From contig JBBIGP010000004.1 of the NCBI GenBank assembly GCA_037447475.1, positions 7,713 to 71,712 of the forward strand: a stretch of 64,000 nt of DNA, in the 5' to 3' direction. The stretch comes from Candidatus Aminicenantes bacterium. GTDB taxonomy: Bacteria; Acidobacteriota; Aminicenantia; Aminicenantales; Saccharicenantaceae. The notes beneath the pieces were generated by a model, which saw only the letters and a list, made by a program, of their open reading frames with translations, had not been told where the DNA came from and did not search any database. The position numbers were made by a program, and so were the translations under genes. Below, piece after piece: positions 53,724 through 63,002 of the stretch; within the stretch, counting starts at the first letter, position 1; each line of letters begins with the position of its first letter.

Positions 53724-56162
53724 CTACTTGACGACGACCTTGTCCCGCCAAACGGGATCGGACCGCCCGTCGCCGTCGGCGTCAACATAAATGGGGTTTG
53801 TCAGGGCGTAGGGAAGTGCGGCGTTCTCCGCCTGCCCGTCGCCGGAGCGGCGCTGGACGAGAGGGAAGAGCGACGCCCGGCCGACGACCTCGACGGCGAT
53901 CCAGGCGTCGCGCCCGAGCGTGAGCCGGACGCGGTCGCGGAACTTGACGACCGCGCCGGGCCTCGTCCGGACGGCCAGCGGTTCCCGCCGCAGGCCGTCG
54001 ACGACAACCCGGACCTCCGAGACATCCATCCACGGCGCTCCCGTCACTGTGATGTCCAGGTCGACGCGCCCGTTCCGGGCCGTCACGAGGTCCCCGAACG
54101 TCGCCCGGCCGTTGGCCCGGACGGCGACGACCGGCCCGGTGCTGACGAAGGACCGGCCCGCCTTGACGGCCTCGACGAGGGCCCCGGCGTCGAGCCCGGC
54201 GCCCTTGGGCCCCTTGTAGAGAACGTAGGTCCGGGCGTATCCCGGCTCGCCGCCGTCGATCGTGTGGGCGTCGGAGGTCCCGACGATCCGGATGGGATAA
54301 CCCCGATTGAGCAGGTGGAACCAGTCCTCGATGGACTGGCGGTTGGCCTCGTTGACGGCCGGCCCGTTCATGGCCTCCATGACGTCGAACCTCAGGTCGA
54401 AGGGCGCGGCCGCGGTCGCCGCGAACTCGGGGTCCAGCTGATAGGACGCGAAATAGTCCAGGCCGGGCGTGCGGGGATGGTTGACGTGGATGAGCGTCCC
54501 GGGGTTCTTCTCCCGGCTGAGGGAGAACAGCGTGCCCGGGGTCTCGTCCCGGACGCTGACAGCCCCGCGGCCGGGTTCGCCGGGCCTGACGGCGTCGGGG
54601 AAGGTGTTGTAGTGGAGGCTGCCCGTCCGGGCCGTGACCTCGTTCCCCGGGATGACCGCGAGGAACGCGTCCAATCCCAGGGCCTTCAAGTCGGGCTCGT
54701 AGTCCGTGACGAAATTGTGATCGGAGGCCACGGCGACCTCGATGCCCTCGGCGATGACGCTCCGCAGGCGCTCGGGGATGCCAACGGCCCCGTCCGAGTT
54801 CCGGGTGTGCATGTGGGAGTCGAGGGAGATGAGCCCCCGGGTGTCGACCGCTTTCTCGATCGTCAGGTCGAGCTGAAGGTTCTCGCCGTTGAGGACCTCG
54901 ATGACCCTCGTTTCCCGCGTGTATTCGGGGCCCCGGGAGCAGGCCACGAGATAGGTCCCGACGGGCAGCTGGACTTCGAGGACGTCATTCATCGGGAAGA
55001 CGGAGTTCTTGAAGGTCTCCCAGCTCCGGCCGGTCTCGATCGGGTCGTCGGGTTCGAAATAGGGGGAGGGGATCGGAGCCAACCCGATGAACGAGACTTT
55101 GCCCGGCACGTGCCTGCCGCGTCCGTCCCTTATCGCGATCTTGAGGCTGCCGAACGCCGGGACGGCCAGCTTCCATGACCGGCTCTCCGGCCGGCCGTCA
55201 ATCGCGAAGACCCGCTCGACGACCGCCGGGAAGAAATGGGCCTGAGCGCGGTACGTCCCTTTCGGCGCCGGGAACGAGATGGGGGCCGCCCGGCCGAGGA
55301 ACGTCCGGAAGAAAACGGCTCCGGTGGCGGGCTCCCGGACCAGGATCTCGACCGGGCCGTCGAACTCGCCGAGGTCGAGCTTGACTATCTCGGTCGCGGC
55401 GCCCGCCAGCCGGTAGATGCGCTCGAGGACGTCCGCGATGTCCGTGCCGGTCAGAAGACCGTAGGCGACCTTGTGGACCTGGCCGGGGCGCAGGGTGCCT
55501 GGCAACGGCTTGTCCGAGGTTTCTACAGGGTTCGGATTGAACCAGGCCAGAACATGGTCGGGCCGCTCCCAGACGCGGAAATTCAGCTTCGGAAAGGCCT
55601 CGGCATGGAAGGGGCTGAAATTGAAGTTCTGGGCGGCGCTGGCCCCCAAGCCGAAGCTCAAGTCCTCGACCACCGCCTTGCCTGCGTTCCGGATCTCGGA
55701 CGTGACGGAGATCCTGCCGGCGTCGAAGGCAAAATCGTAGCGGGTCCTGATCTCGAGCCGGGCCCCGCCGGGGCCTTCGCAGGAGGAGAGCGCGACGATG
55801 CCCGTGCCGGACCGCTCGACCGACCGGGTCGAAGCGGCCAGCGCCTTCCCGGCGATCCGCACAGCCGGCGCCCCGAACTGGGCCATGAGCCTTTTCTCGG
55901 CGCCTTTCGGCGCGAAGGCCAGCACGAAGCCGTTGATCTCGGGGTGGTCGTAGTTGATGGTCGAGAACATCGTCCGCGGCGAGCCGGCGACGACGGCCGT
56001 GTATTTCCCGTCGGTGACCAGGAGATCGCCTTTCCGGACGAACTCCCGCCACGGGGCAGGGAGCTCTCCCGTGTCCTCGACGGTCTTGATCTCGAGGCTC
56101 GCGGCGAGGACCGGGCCGCAAAGGAGCAGGACGAGGATGGCCAGACGGGCGGCTTTTTTCAT
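53724..56162 (-). CDS. Exported PHP-domain metallohydrolase (CehA/McbA-like) with a large N-terminal domain of unknown function
   Basis: Start ATG 56162 (MKKAARLAILVLLLCGPVLA). PHP motifs LDSHMHTRNSDG, VASDHN, IHVNHP and GTSDAH. Confidence 0.7.
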   Translation of the reverse strand: MKKAARLAILVLLLCGPVLAASLEIKTVEDTGELPAPWREFVRKGDLLVTDGKYTAVVAGSPRTMFSTINYDHPEINGFVLAFAPKGAEKRLMAQFGAPAVRIAGKALAASTRSVERSGTGIVALSSCEGPGGARLEIRTRYDFAFDAGRISVTSEIRNAGKAVVEDLSFGLGASAAQNFNFSPFHAEAFPKLNFRVWERPDHVLAWFNPNPVETSDKPLPGTLRPGQVHKVAYGLLTGTDIADVLERIYRLAGAATEIVKLDLGEFDGPVEILVREPATGAVFFRTFLGRAAPISFPAPKGTYRAQAHFFPAVVERVFAIDGRPESRSWKLAVPAFGSLKIAIRDGRGRHVPGKVSFIGLAPIPSPYFEPDDPIETGRSWETFKNSVFPMNDVLEVQLPVGTYLVACSRGPEYTRETRVIEVLNGENLQLDLTIEKAVDTRGLISLDSHMHTRNSDGAVGIPERLRSVIAEGIEVAVASDHNFVTDYEPDLKALGLDAFLAVIPGNEVTARTGSLHYNTFPDAVRPGEPGRGAVSVRDETPGTLFSLSREKNPGTLIHVNHPRTPGLDYFASYQLDPEFAATAAAPFDLRFDVMEAMNGPAVNEANRQSIEDWFHLLNRGYPIRIVGTSDAHTIDGGEPGYARTYVLYKGPKGAGLDAGALVEAVKAGRSFVSTGPVVAVRANGRATFGDLVTARNGRVDLDITVTGAPWMDVSEVRVVVDGLRREPLAVRTRPGAVVKFRDRVRLTLGRDAWIAVEVVGRASLFPLVQRRSGDGQAENAALPYALTNPIYVDADGDGRSDPVWRDKVVVK

Positions 56163-56191
56163 GGATTCGGACCTCCTCAAGGAAGAATGAC

Positions 56192-56776
56192 CTACTTGCC
56201 GGATGTCCGGAAGACGATCTTCTCGAAGACTTCGGCGTGGGTGTCGACGGTTGTCCGCGAGGCCCGGACGACGGGCACGGCGACCGTAAAGGCGATCTCC
56301 GCGGGCGGCAGGCAGGTCGCGTCGTCGCACGCTTGGTAGCTCAGGGTCCCCTGGAGCTCGATGGTCCCCGGGGCGATCTTGCCGGCCGCCTTGAGAAGCA
56401 GGCCGAGGATGACCCGGCCCTCGTAGACGGCGACCTCGACGTCGGAATAGTCGACCTTCGTCCGGCGTCCGGCCGGGTAGAAGGTCTCGAGGAGCTCGAT
56501 CCCGGCCGCGTCTTCGATGTCCAGGGACGTAGGGTACAGGAATTCGTCCAGGGGGGCGCTGTCGTTGATGTGGAAGCCGGGCTTGACCTCGAGGATGACG
56601 GCGGCCTTGAAGGTCTCGCCGGGCCGGACGGCGTCGCGCGAGAGGAGGACTTCGATGGAGGTGATGACCTGGACCTCCTGGCCGGCGGCGCCCGGACCGG
56701 CGCCTGCGGCGAGCGTCAGAATGATAAGGGCGGCCCGGGGTCGGACCAGCGATCCCTTTCTCACGTGATCCCTCAT
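56192..56776 (-). CDS. DsbD N-terminal-domain-like (DsbD-alpha) periplasmic protein
   Basis: Signal peptide. KPGFHINDS and LSYQACDDATCLPP resemble the Ig-like thiol-disulfide interchange domain. Confidence 0.6.
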   Translation of the reverse strand: MRDHVRKGSLVRPRAALIILTLAAGAGPGAAGQEVQVITSIEVLLSRDAVRPGETFKAAVILEVKPGFHINDSAPLDEFLYPTSLDIEDAAGIELLETFYPAGRRTKVDYSDVEVAVYEGRVILGLLLKAAGKIAPGTIELQGTLSYQACDDATCLPPAEIAFTVAVPVVRASRTTVDTHAEVFEKIVFRTSGK

Positions 56777-56777
56777 C

Positions 56778-58550
56778 TCAGACCTTCACTTCCTTGACCC
56801 AGAGCTTCGGCAGGAGTTTGACGAGCCCGAGCCCGCTCGCGACGAAGACCGCCGTCCAGACGAGCCCGAGCGTCGTTTTGCCGTAGATGTAGCTTCCGGC
56901 CCCGAACAGGGCGGCATAGACGAAGGCGATGCCCGTCACCCAGCACAGGAGGGCGTTCGGCAGGCTGTCGGGGGAGGCCTCGACGCCGGCCTCGGCCCGG
57001 ACGGGCTCCCAGCCGCGGCCGCCAGGCCGGACCAGCCGGTAAAAGCTCACGAGGGTCATCCGGTCCGCGGGCTTGGTCAGGAAGGTCACCGTGAGCCAGA
57101 CGACCGTCGTCACGGCGATGGTCAGGACGAGCGAGACGTGCGTGGGCACGGGATGGCCCGTCCTGCCCAGGATGAAGAAGGTGAAAGCCATCAGGAAGGA
57201 GCTGGTCATGGCCGCGATCTCGCTCCAGGCGTTGATCCGCCACCAGAACCAGCGCAGGAGGTAGATGAGCCCCGTGCCGGCCCCGACCGACAGGAGCAGG
57301 TCGAAGCTCGTCTTGGCCGTGTCCAGGACGTAGGTCAGCAGGGCCGCCAGGACCATCAGCAGGGCCGTCATGACCCGGCCGGCCAGGACGTAGTGCTTCT
57401 CGCCGGCGTCCTTCTTGATGAACCGGCGGTAGAAGTCGTGGACGACGTAGGAGCTGCCCCAATTGAGGTGGGTGATCAGGGTCGAGACATAGGCGGCCAG
57501 GAGCCCGGCGACCATCAGCCCCAACAGACCCGCCGGCAGGAACCGGAGCATGGCCGGGTAGGCCATGTCGGGCCCGACGAGCTTGGGATCGACGCCGGGG
57601 AAGGCCGCCTGGATGTCCGAGAGCTCGGGGTAAACGATGAGCGAGCAGAGCCCGACGAGGATCCAGGGCCAGGGCCTCAAGGCGTAGTGCATGGCGTTGA
57701 AGAGCAGGGTCCCGCCGAGCGCGTCCTTCTCCGACTTGGCGGCCAGCATGCGCTGGGCGATGTAGCTGCCGCCGCCCGGCTCGGCGCCCGGGTACCAGAC
57801 CGACCACCACTGGACGGCGACGGGGATGATGAAGATGGACAAGGCCAGCCCCCAGTCGCCGAAGTCGGGCAGGATGCTGATCATCTTCGGGTCGAGCTTC
57901 TCGAACAGGCCCGAGAGGCCCCCGATCTGGGGCTGCTTGACGGCGAAGTAGGCCGCCGAGAAGGCCCCGGTCATGGCGATGCCGAACTGGATGAGGTCGA
58001 TGACCAGGACCCCCCAGAGTCCCGACGAGACGGCGAAGAAGATGTTGATGGCCGCGCAGATGAGCAGGGTCTTGGTCATCGGCCAGCCCAGGAGGACGTT
58101 GGCGATCTTGACCGCGGCCAGGTTGACGGTGGCCATGATGACGCAGTTGAAGAGCAGTCCCAGATAGACGGCCCGGAAGCCGCGGACGAAGCTCGCCGGC
58201 TTCCCCGAGTAGCGGATCTCGTAGAACTCGAGGTCGGTCAGGACCCCCGAGCGGCGCCACATCCGGGCGTAGAAGAAAACGGTCATCATGCCGGTCAGCA
58301 GGAAGGCCCACCAGACCCAGTTGCCCGCGACTCCCTGGGTCCGGACGATGTTCGTCACCAGGTTCGGCGTGTCGGTGCTGAAGGTCGTCGCGACCATGGA
58401 GACGCCGACCAGCCACCACGGCGCGGCCCGGCCCGAGGTGAAGAACTCGGCCGTGTTCTTCCCGGCCCGCCGGCTGAAGAGAAGAGCGGGCACGAAGCAG
58501 ATGGAAACGGAGGCGGCGATGATGATCCAGTCGATCAAGACAAGTCGCAT
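56778..58550 (-). CDS. Sodium:solute symporter (SSS) family transporter
   Basis: 590 aa, ~13 TM. GKNTAEFFTSGRAAPWWLVGVSMVATTFSTDTP is a typical SSS N-terminal motif. Confidence 0.9.
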   Translation of the reverse strand: MRLVLIDWIIIAASVSICFVPALLFSRRAGKNTAEFFTSGRAAPWWLVGVSMVATTFSTDTPNLVTNIVRTQGVAGNWVWWAFLLTGMMTVFFYARMWRRSGVLTDLEFYEIRYSGKPASFVRGFRAVYLGLLFNCVIMATVNLAAVKIANVLLGWPMTKTLLICAAINIFFAVSSGLWGVLVIDLIQFGIAMTGAFSAAYFAVKQPQIGGLSGLFEKLDPKMISILPDFGDWGLALSIFIIPVAVQWWSVWYPGAEPGGGSYIAQRMLAAKSEKDALGGTLLFNAMHYALRPWPWILVGLCSLIVYPELSDIQAAFPGVDPKLVGPDMAYPAMLRFLPAGLLGLMVAGLLAAYVSTLITHLNWGSSYVVHDFYRRFIKKDAGEKHYVLAGRVMTALLMVLAALLTYVLDTAKTSFDLLLSVGAGTGLIYLLRWFWWRINAWSEIAAMTSSFLMAFTFFILGRTGHPVPTHVSLVLTIAVTTVVWLTVTFLTKPADRMTLVSFYRLVRPGGRGWEPVRAEAGVEASPDSLPNALLCWVTGIAFVYAALFGAGSYIYGKTTLGLVWTAVFVASGLGLVKLLPKLWVKEVKV

Positions 58551-58566
58551 GCGGGAGTCCTTTCGG

Positions 58567-59349
58567 TCAGTATCTCTGCCAGTCGGGCTTGTTGTCGTAG
58601 ACCCATCGGTAGTAGGGGGCCATCTCGAGCTCCGAGGCCGCGTCCTCGTCGAGGATGACCACGGTCCGGGGATGCATCTGGAGGACCGAGCCGGGGACCA
58701 TGGCCGTGACCGGACCTTCGACGGCCTTGGCCACGGCCCGGGCCTTCTTGCGGCCGAAGGCGAGGAGGAGGCACATCCGGCTGTCCATGATCGTTCCGAG
58801 GCCCATGGTGATGACGTGGGCCGGGACCCCTCCGGGCCCGCCGAAGCCGGCCGCGGCGTTCCGCCGGGACTCCTCGGTCAGCGTCTTGATCCTCGTGCGC
58901 GAGGACAGGGAGGAAGTCGGCTCGTTGAAGCCGATATGGCCGTTCGTCCCGATGCCGAGGATCTGGGCGTCGATCCCGCCGGCCGACCGGATGGCCTGCT
59001 CGTACTGCCGGCAGAAGGCCGGGATGTCCCGGGCCAGGCCGTCCGGGATGTGGATGCGCTCCTTGGGAACGTTGATGCGGCTGAACAGATGGGCCCACAT
59101 GTAGCTGTGATAGGAGGACGGGTGGGAGGGAGATATGCCGACGTACTCGTCGAGGTTGAAGGTCGTGACGGCGCCGAAATCGAGCCCGTTCTCCCGATGC
59201 ATGCGGACGAGCTCCCGATAGAGCGACAGGGGAGTGTTGCCTGTGGCGAGGCCGAGGACGGCGTGGGGCTTGTCCTCGACGAGCCGGGCGACGATGCGGG
59301 CCGCGACCCCGCTCGCTTCGCGGCCGTCCCGCTGGATGACGATCTCCAT
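58567..59349 (-). CDS. nagB: Glucosamine-6-phosphate deaminase
   Basis: VLGLATGNTPL, FNLDEYVG and LLGIGTNGHIGFNEP motifs. GGAGGAAG SD. Confidence 0.9.
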   Translation of the reverse strand: MEIVIQRDGREASGVAARIVARLVEDKPHAVLGLATGNTPLSLYRELVRMHRENGLDFGAVTTFNLDEYVGISPSHPSSYHSYMWAHLFSRINVPKERIHIPDGLARDIPAFCRQYEQAIRSAGGIDAQILGIGTNGHIGFNEPTSSLSSRTRIKTLTEESRRNAAAGFGGPGGVPAHVITMGLGTIMDSRMCLLLAFGRKKARAVAKAVEGPVTAMVPGSVLQMHPRTVVILDEDAASELEMAPYYRWVYDNKPDWQRY

Positions 59350-59376
59350 CTCTTCCTCCTCCGGACCGGGGCCCTT

Positions 59377-60237
59377 TCAGGGCTTCTTGACCCAGTATCG
59401 CTCGATCGCGCCGGCGACGCTCCGGCGGAACTTGTCGACGTGCGACAGGACGAAATCCGGCACGTCCAGGGAGGCGTCCCGGACGACCGGGGTCAGGTCT
59501 ATGGCGAACCAGAGCTGTTCGGCCGCGTCGGTGTGATGGGACTGGAAGTAAGAGGCGTTGGCCCGGCGGCGGCCCATTGTCGCCAGGTCGTACCTTTTGC
59601 CGCCGGCCACTTGCGAGTCGTAAACGCCGATAAGGGCCATGGCCAGTCCCTCCCGTGCCCCGACGTCGAAAGCGACCTTGTCGCCGTCGTCCATCCAATC
59701 CAAGCCCCTCCAGACCTCGCAGCCGTAGACGGCCCGGGGACGCTCTTCGGCCGGGAGCTCGCGGAGGGCGGCCAGGGCCGTGAAGACGACGGCCAGATGG
59801 GTTTCGTGCTTGTCGATGGGATTGTGAGTATAGACGAACTCCGGCCGGGCGGCCCGGAGGGCTTCGACGAGATCGGCTTTGAGCCTGCCGTTCGCGACAT
59901 CCTTGACGGCGGCGCTCGGATGGTTGAGCTGGATGAGGATACCGTAATTGCCGAGAGCGGCCGCCTTCTCCTGTTCGCGCCGTCTCAGGGCCGCCATTTC
60001 CCCGTCCGTATAGGAGGCGTACTCGCCGGACCGGGGGCTGCCGCCGCCGTTCGTGCAGATCACGGCCCCGAACCACAGGTCCCGGCGATGGAAGCACTGC
60101 TCGATGCCGTGGAAGGCCATGATCTCCAGGTCGTCCTGGTGGGCGCCGATGCCTAGATGGGTGGTCCGGCGGACGGCCTCCGGGACCGCCGCGCCGTCGG
60201 GCACGAAGATCGAGGCTTCGGAGTTGCGGAACTTCAT
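59377..60237 (-). CDS. PIG-L/LmbE family deacetylase
   Basis: Start ATG 60237 (ATGA overlap with the upstream stop). LGIGAHQDDLEIMAF (HxDD motif) and THNPIDKHETH. Confidence 0.8.
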   Translation of the reverse strand: MKFRNSEASIFVPDGAAVPEAVRRTTHLGIGAHQDDLEIMAFHGIEQCFHRRDLWFGAVICTNGGGSPRSGEYASYTDGEMAALRRREQEKAAALGNYGILIQLNHPSAAVKDVANGRLKADLVEALRAARPEFVYTHNPIDKHETHLAVVFTALAALRELPAEERPRAVYGCEVWRGLDWMDDGDKVAFDVGAREGLAMALIGVYDSQVAGGKRYDLATMGRRRANASYFQSHHTDAAEQLWFAIDLTPVVRDASLDVPDFVLSHVDKFRRSVAGAIERYWVKKP

Positions 60238-61676
60238 GGGCGCGCTCCTTGAGGATCTGGGGGGCCTTCGAGCTCGGGGAGGCTGGCCGCGGCCACGGCC
60301 TGGCCCACCCTCCGGCTCTTCTCGTCCAGGAGGTGGATCCGGACCCGGGCGGCCGTTCCGGGGTAAGAGGACTCCAGGACCTGGCCCGCCTTGCGGACGA
60401 TGATCTCGCCCCCGGGGCCCGACATGACCCGGCCCAGGACGAGCAGGTTCCTGAACCGGTAGAAGACCTCGTACCACGGGACCGTGTGCCCCAGGTAGAT
60501 GCCGATGGATTCGTAGACGCGGGCCGCCCGCTCGTCGCCGGCGTCCATGCGGGCCTGGATCTCCTTCAGCCGTTCGGGGAGGGGTCGATCCGGGGAAAAG
60601 ACGAAGCCCGCGGCGACGGCCAGGCGGTCGGCGGCCTGCTGCGAGAAATAGTTGGCCCCGACGCCCCTGTCTCCCGACCATTCGTCCATGGGGGCCAGGG
60701 GATTCAGGTCGACGGGCGCGAAGGCCAGCTCGTCGAGCCAGTCCATGAGATGCCCGTCCTCGTTGAGGAAGCCCGCCGCCTGGCTGGAGCCCATGGCGAT
60801 CCCCAGGACGGCTTTCTCGCCGAGCGAGAGCATCCCGGCCAGGGCCGTGACCTCGCCGTCGTTGAGGACCTCCAAGGGGACGCCCCATTCCCGTCCGAGG
60901 CGACGGAACATGCCCTTGACCTTGTCCTCGAAGACGTCCTCGGGCACGGCCCGGAAGAGCGAGGCGATGCGGACCTGGTTGTTGATGAAGACGCCCGCCG
61001 AGCTCCCGCCGATGGCGTCGACGCGGGGGAGATGGGCGGCCGCTCTCTTCAAGCCGTCCTGGATGCGCCGGTAATGATAATCGGGATCGGCCTCGACCGC
61101 GGGCGTCCAGGGGAGCTCCGCGCAGAAGACGGGCTCTCCGTCCTTGACGGCGGCGATCTTGTAATCGCTCGCCCCGAGGTCGAACCCGATCCGGCAGCCG
61201 TCGAGAAAGCCGCCCAGGTGGCGCCGGCTTTCCCTCGCTTCGGGGAATGTCCCATCGCGATGAAGGACGACCTCGAAGGGCCGCTCGTAGATGCGGCCCA
61301 TGAGGCGGATGTCGAAATCCCGCGGGCCGCCGGCGGCATATATGGCCCGAAGGCGCTCGCCGGTCCCGTCCGGGCCCAGGAAATGGATGCGCCAGCCGCC
61401 GCGCGACCAAAGCAGGAACTTGACGAGCCGTTCGACGACTTGCCGCGTCTCTTCCCCTCGAGGGTCCCCGGCCGGGTCCGGAATGGATGTCTCGAACGTC
61501 GAGACCTGACCGTCCTCGCGCTCGACCCCGATCTTGACCCGGATCTGCCCGACGCGGGCGGCCCGGTCCAGCATGTCCCGATAGGCGAAGACGATCGGAC
61601 GGAATCCGGGATCGCAGGGGGGGGCGATCGGCGGCGGCCCAGGCCCGCGGGCGTTCGAGGAACCGGGAACGGTCAT
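60234..61676 (-). CDS. ROK/ASKHA-family sugar kinase (polyphosphate/ATP glucokinase-like) with ~130-aa N-terminal extension
   Basis: RIGFDLGASDYKIAAV (phosphate-1), IGGSSAGV, LNDGEVTALAG. No CxCGxxGC zinc motif seen. Start uncertain. Confidence 0.6.
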   Translation of the reverse strand: MTVPGSSNARGPGPPPIAPPCDPGFRPIVFAYRDMLDRAARVGQIRVKIGVEREDGQVSTFETSIPDPAGDPRGEETRQVVERLVKFLLWSRGGWRIHFLGPDGTGERLRAIYAAGGPRDFDIRLMGRIYERPFEVVLHRDGTFPEARESRRHLGGFLDGCRIGFDLGASDYKIAAVKDGEPVFCAELPWTPAVEADPDYHYRRIQDGLKRAAAHLPRVDAIGGSSAGVFINNQVRIASLFRAVPEDVFEDKVKGMFRRLGREWGVPLEVLNDGEVTALAGMLSLGEKAVLGIAMGSSQAAGFLNEDGHLMDWLDELAFAPVDLNPLAPMDEWSGDRGVGANYFSQQAADRLAVAAGFVFSPDRPLPERLKEIQARMDAGDERAARVYESIGIYLGHTVPWYEVFYRFRNLLVLGRVMSGPGGEIIVRKAGQVLESSYPGTAARVRIHLLDEKSRRVGQAVAAASLPELEGPPDPQGARP

Positions 61677-61689
61677 GGGCGCGGACCGT

Positions 61690-62889
61690 TCAGCGGGCCT
61701 TGAACTCCACCGTGACCGGGGCGAGAAGGCGGGCGGCGAGATTCTCGATCCGCAGGGCCCAGTTCTGGGCGGCCGGCACGCCGGGCGAGGTGGTGCCCCT
61801 CTCCCAGGAACCCGCGACCCAGAATGTCAACACCTGGGAGGCCTGAGCCTTGAGCTTGACGGCCCGGTCGACGGCTCCTTCCTCCAATCCGGCGAACCGG
61901 GCAGGGGGGAAGATCACGGCCAATCCGATCTCGCCGGCGCCTGGCGCCTTGCCCCACCCGGCGATAAACCCCTTGGCTTCCTTGAGGGCCCGGGTCTCGG
62001 AAGCGAGCTTCTTGAGGCCGGGGCCGGCATGGATCGGCCCCTCGGCCTTCGTGTCGATGGTGACGTCATGACGGGACCAGGCGTTGTCGGCGAACGCCGA
62101 GAAGCGGACGGTCACGCCGGCCGGCACGCCGCCGGCCAGCTTGACCGTCCCGAATTCCGCCTTGACCATGGCCCGGAGGGGCCCGGAGGCGACCACGCTC
62201 AGCTTGGCCTCGGGCGCGGACGGGCCGAAGAGAGGCCGCCGCGTGTCCCCGTCCCACAGGGACAACCCGCCGAGACCGCCCGAGTCGCCGGCGTCGAGGA
62301 CGTTCATGCCCCATTCCTGCAGGCGCCTCTCGTCGGCCGGGAGCTTCTTCAGCATGAGCTCGTCGTAGGACTTGCCGTAGAACTCGATCCGGCCGTTCAC
62401 GAACTTGTAGGCGGCGAGGTTCGACTCCCAGCCGGCCGTGGACGAGCCGGGCTCCCAGCCGATGCGGGCGCCTGCCTTGGCGACCGGCATGAGCTGGAAG
62501 CTCCGGGTGGGGGAGTAGTAGCAGATCAGCCTCGTCTTGGACCGCGGCCCGAGGCTGCGGAGGAAGACGATCTCGTCGTGATAGCGGTCCCCGTCCAGGT
62601 CGTCGGCCTGGGTGACGACGAGGTTATAATCGCCGCCGGCCTCGTCGAATACGGCGTAATTGTAGCTGTTGAAATCGGGAGCGAAGGCGCGGACGGCCGC
62701 GACATCGACCACGATGGGGTGGTTGTCGAGGGCCGCGGGCCCGGGATTGGAAAGCTCGATGACGAACCGTTTCTTGAACCCGAGGACCGAGGGGTCCTGG
62801 CCCTGGGCGGCGGCCCACCCGGCCGTGAGCCAGGCCAGGGCGAGGAGGCCGGCCGGCGCGCGGACGGCCTTATGGGCGGGACGGAACAT
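61690..62889 (-). CDS. Exported DUF4861-like protein (polysaccharide-utilisation-associated)
   Basis: Start ATG 62889 with GGAG SD. Signal peptide LLALAWLTAGWAAAQG. The overall pattern (GWESNLAAYKF, YGKS) recalls DUF4861; assignment is from memory. Confidence 0.5.
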   Translation of the reverse strand: MFRPAHKAVRAPAGLLALAWLTAGWAAAQGQDPSVLGFKKRFVIELSNPGPAALDNHPIVVDVAAVRAFAPDFNSYNYAVFDEAGGDYNLVVTQADDLDGDRYHDEIVFLRSLGPRSKTRLICYYSPTRSFQLMPVAKAGARIGWEPGSSTAGWESNLAAYKFVNGRIEFYGKSYDELMLKKLPADERRLQEWGMNVLDAGDSGGLGGLSLWDGDTRRPLFGPSAPEAKLSVVASGPLRAMVKAEFGTVKLAGGVPAGVTVRFSAFADNAWSRHDVTIDTKAEGPIHAGPGLKKLASETRALKEAKGFIAGWGKAPGAGEIGLAVIFPPARFAGLEEGAVDRAVKLKAQASQVLTFWVAGSWERGTTSPGVPAAQNWALRIENLAARLLAPVTVEFKAR

Positions 62890-63002
62890 CGGCGTCTCCT
62901 TTCCGTGACGGTGGCGAGATGACCATTCTACCTCAATTCCGCGGAAACGGGTAGGCGCGACGACGGACTGGTCGGGCGCCGGGCCGGGTGGCGGCAGCGG
63001 GC

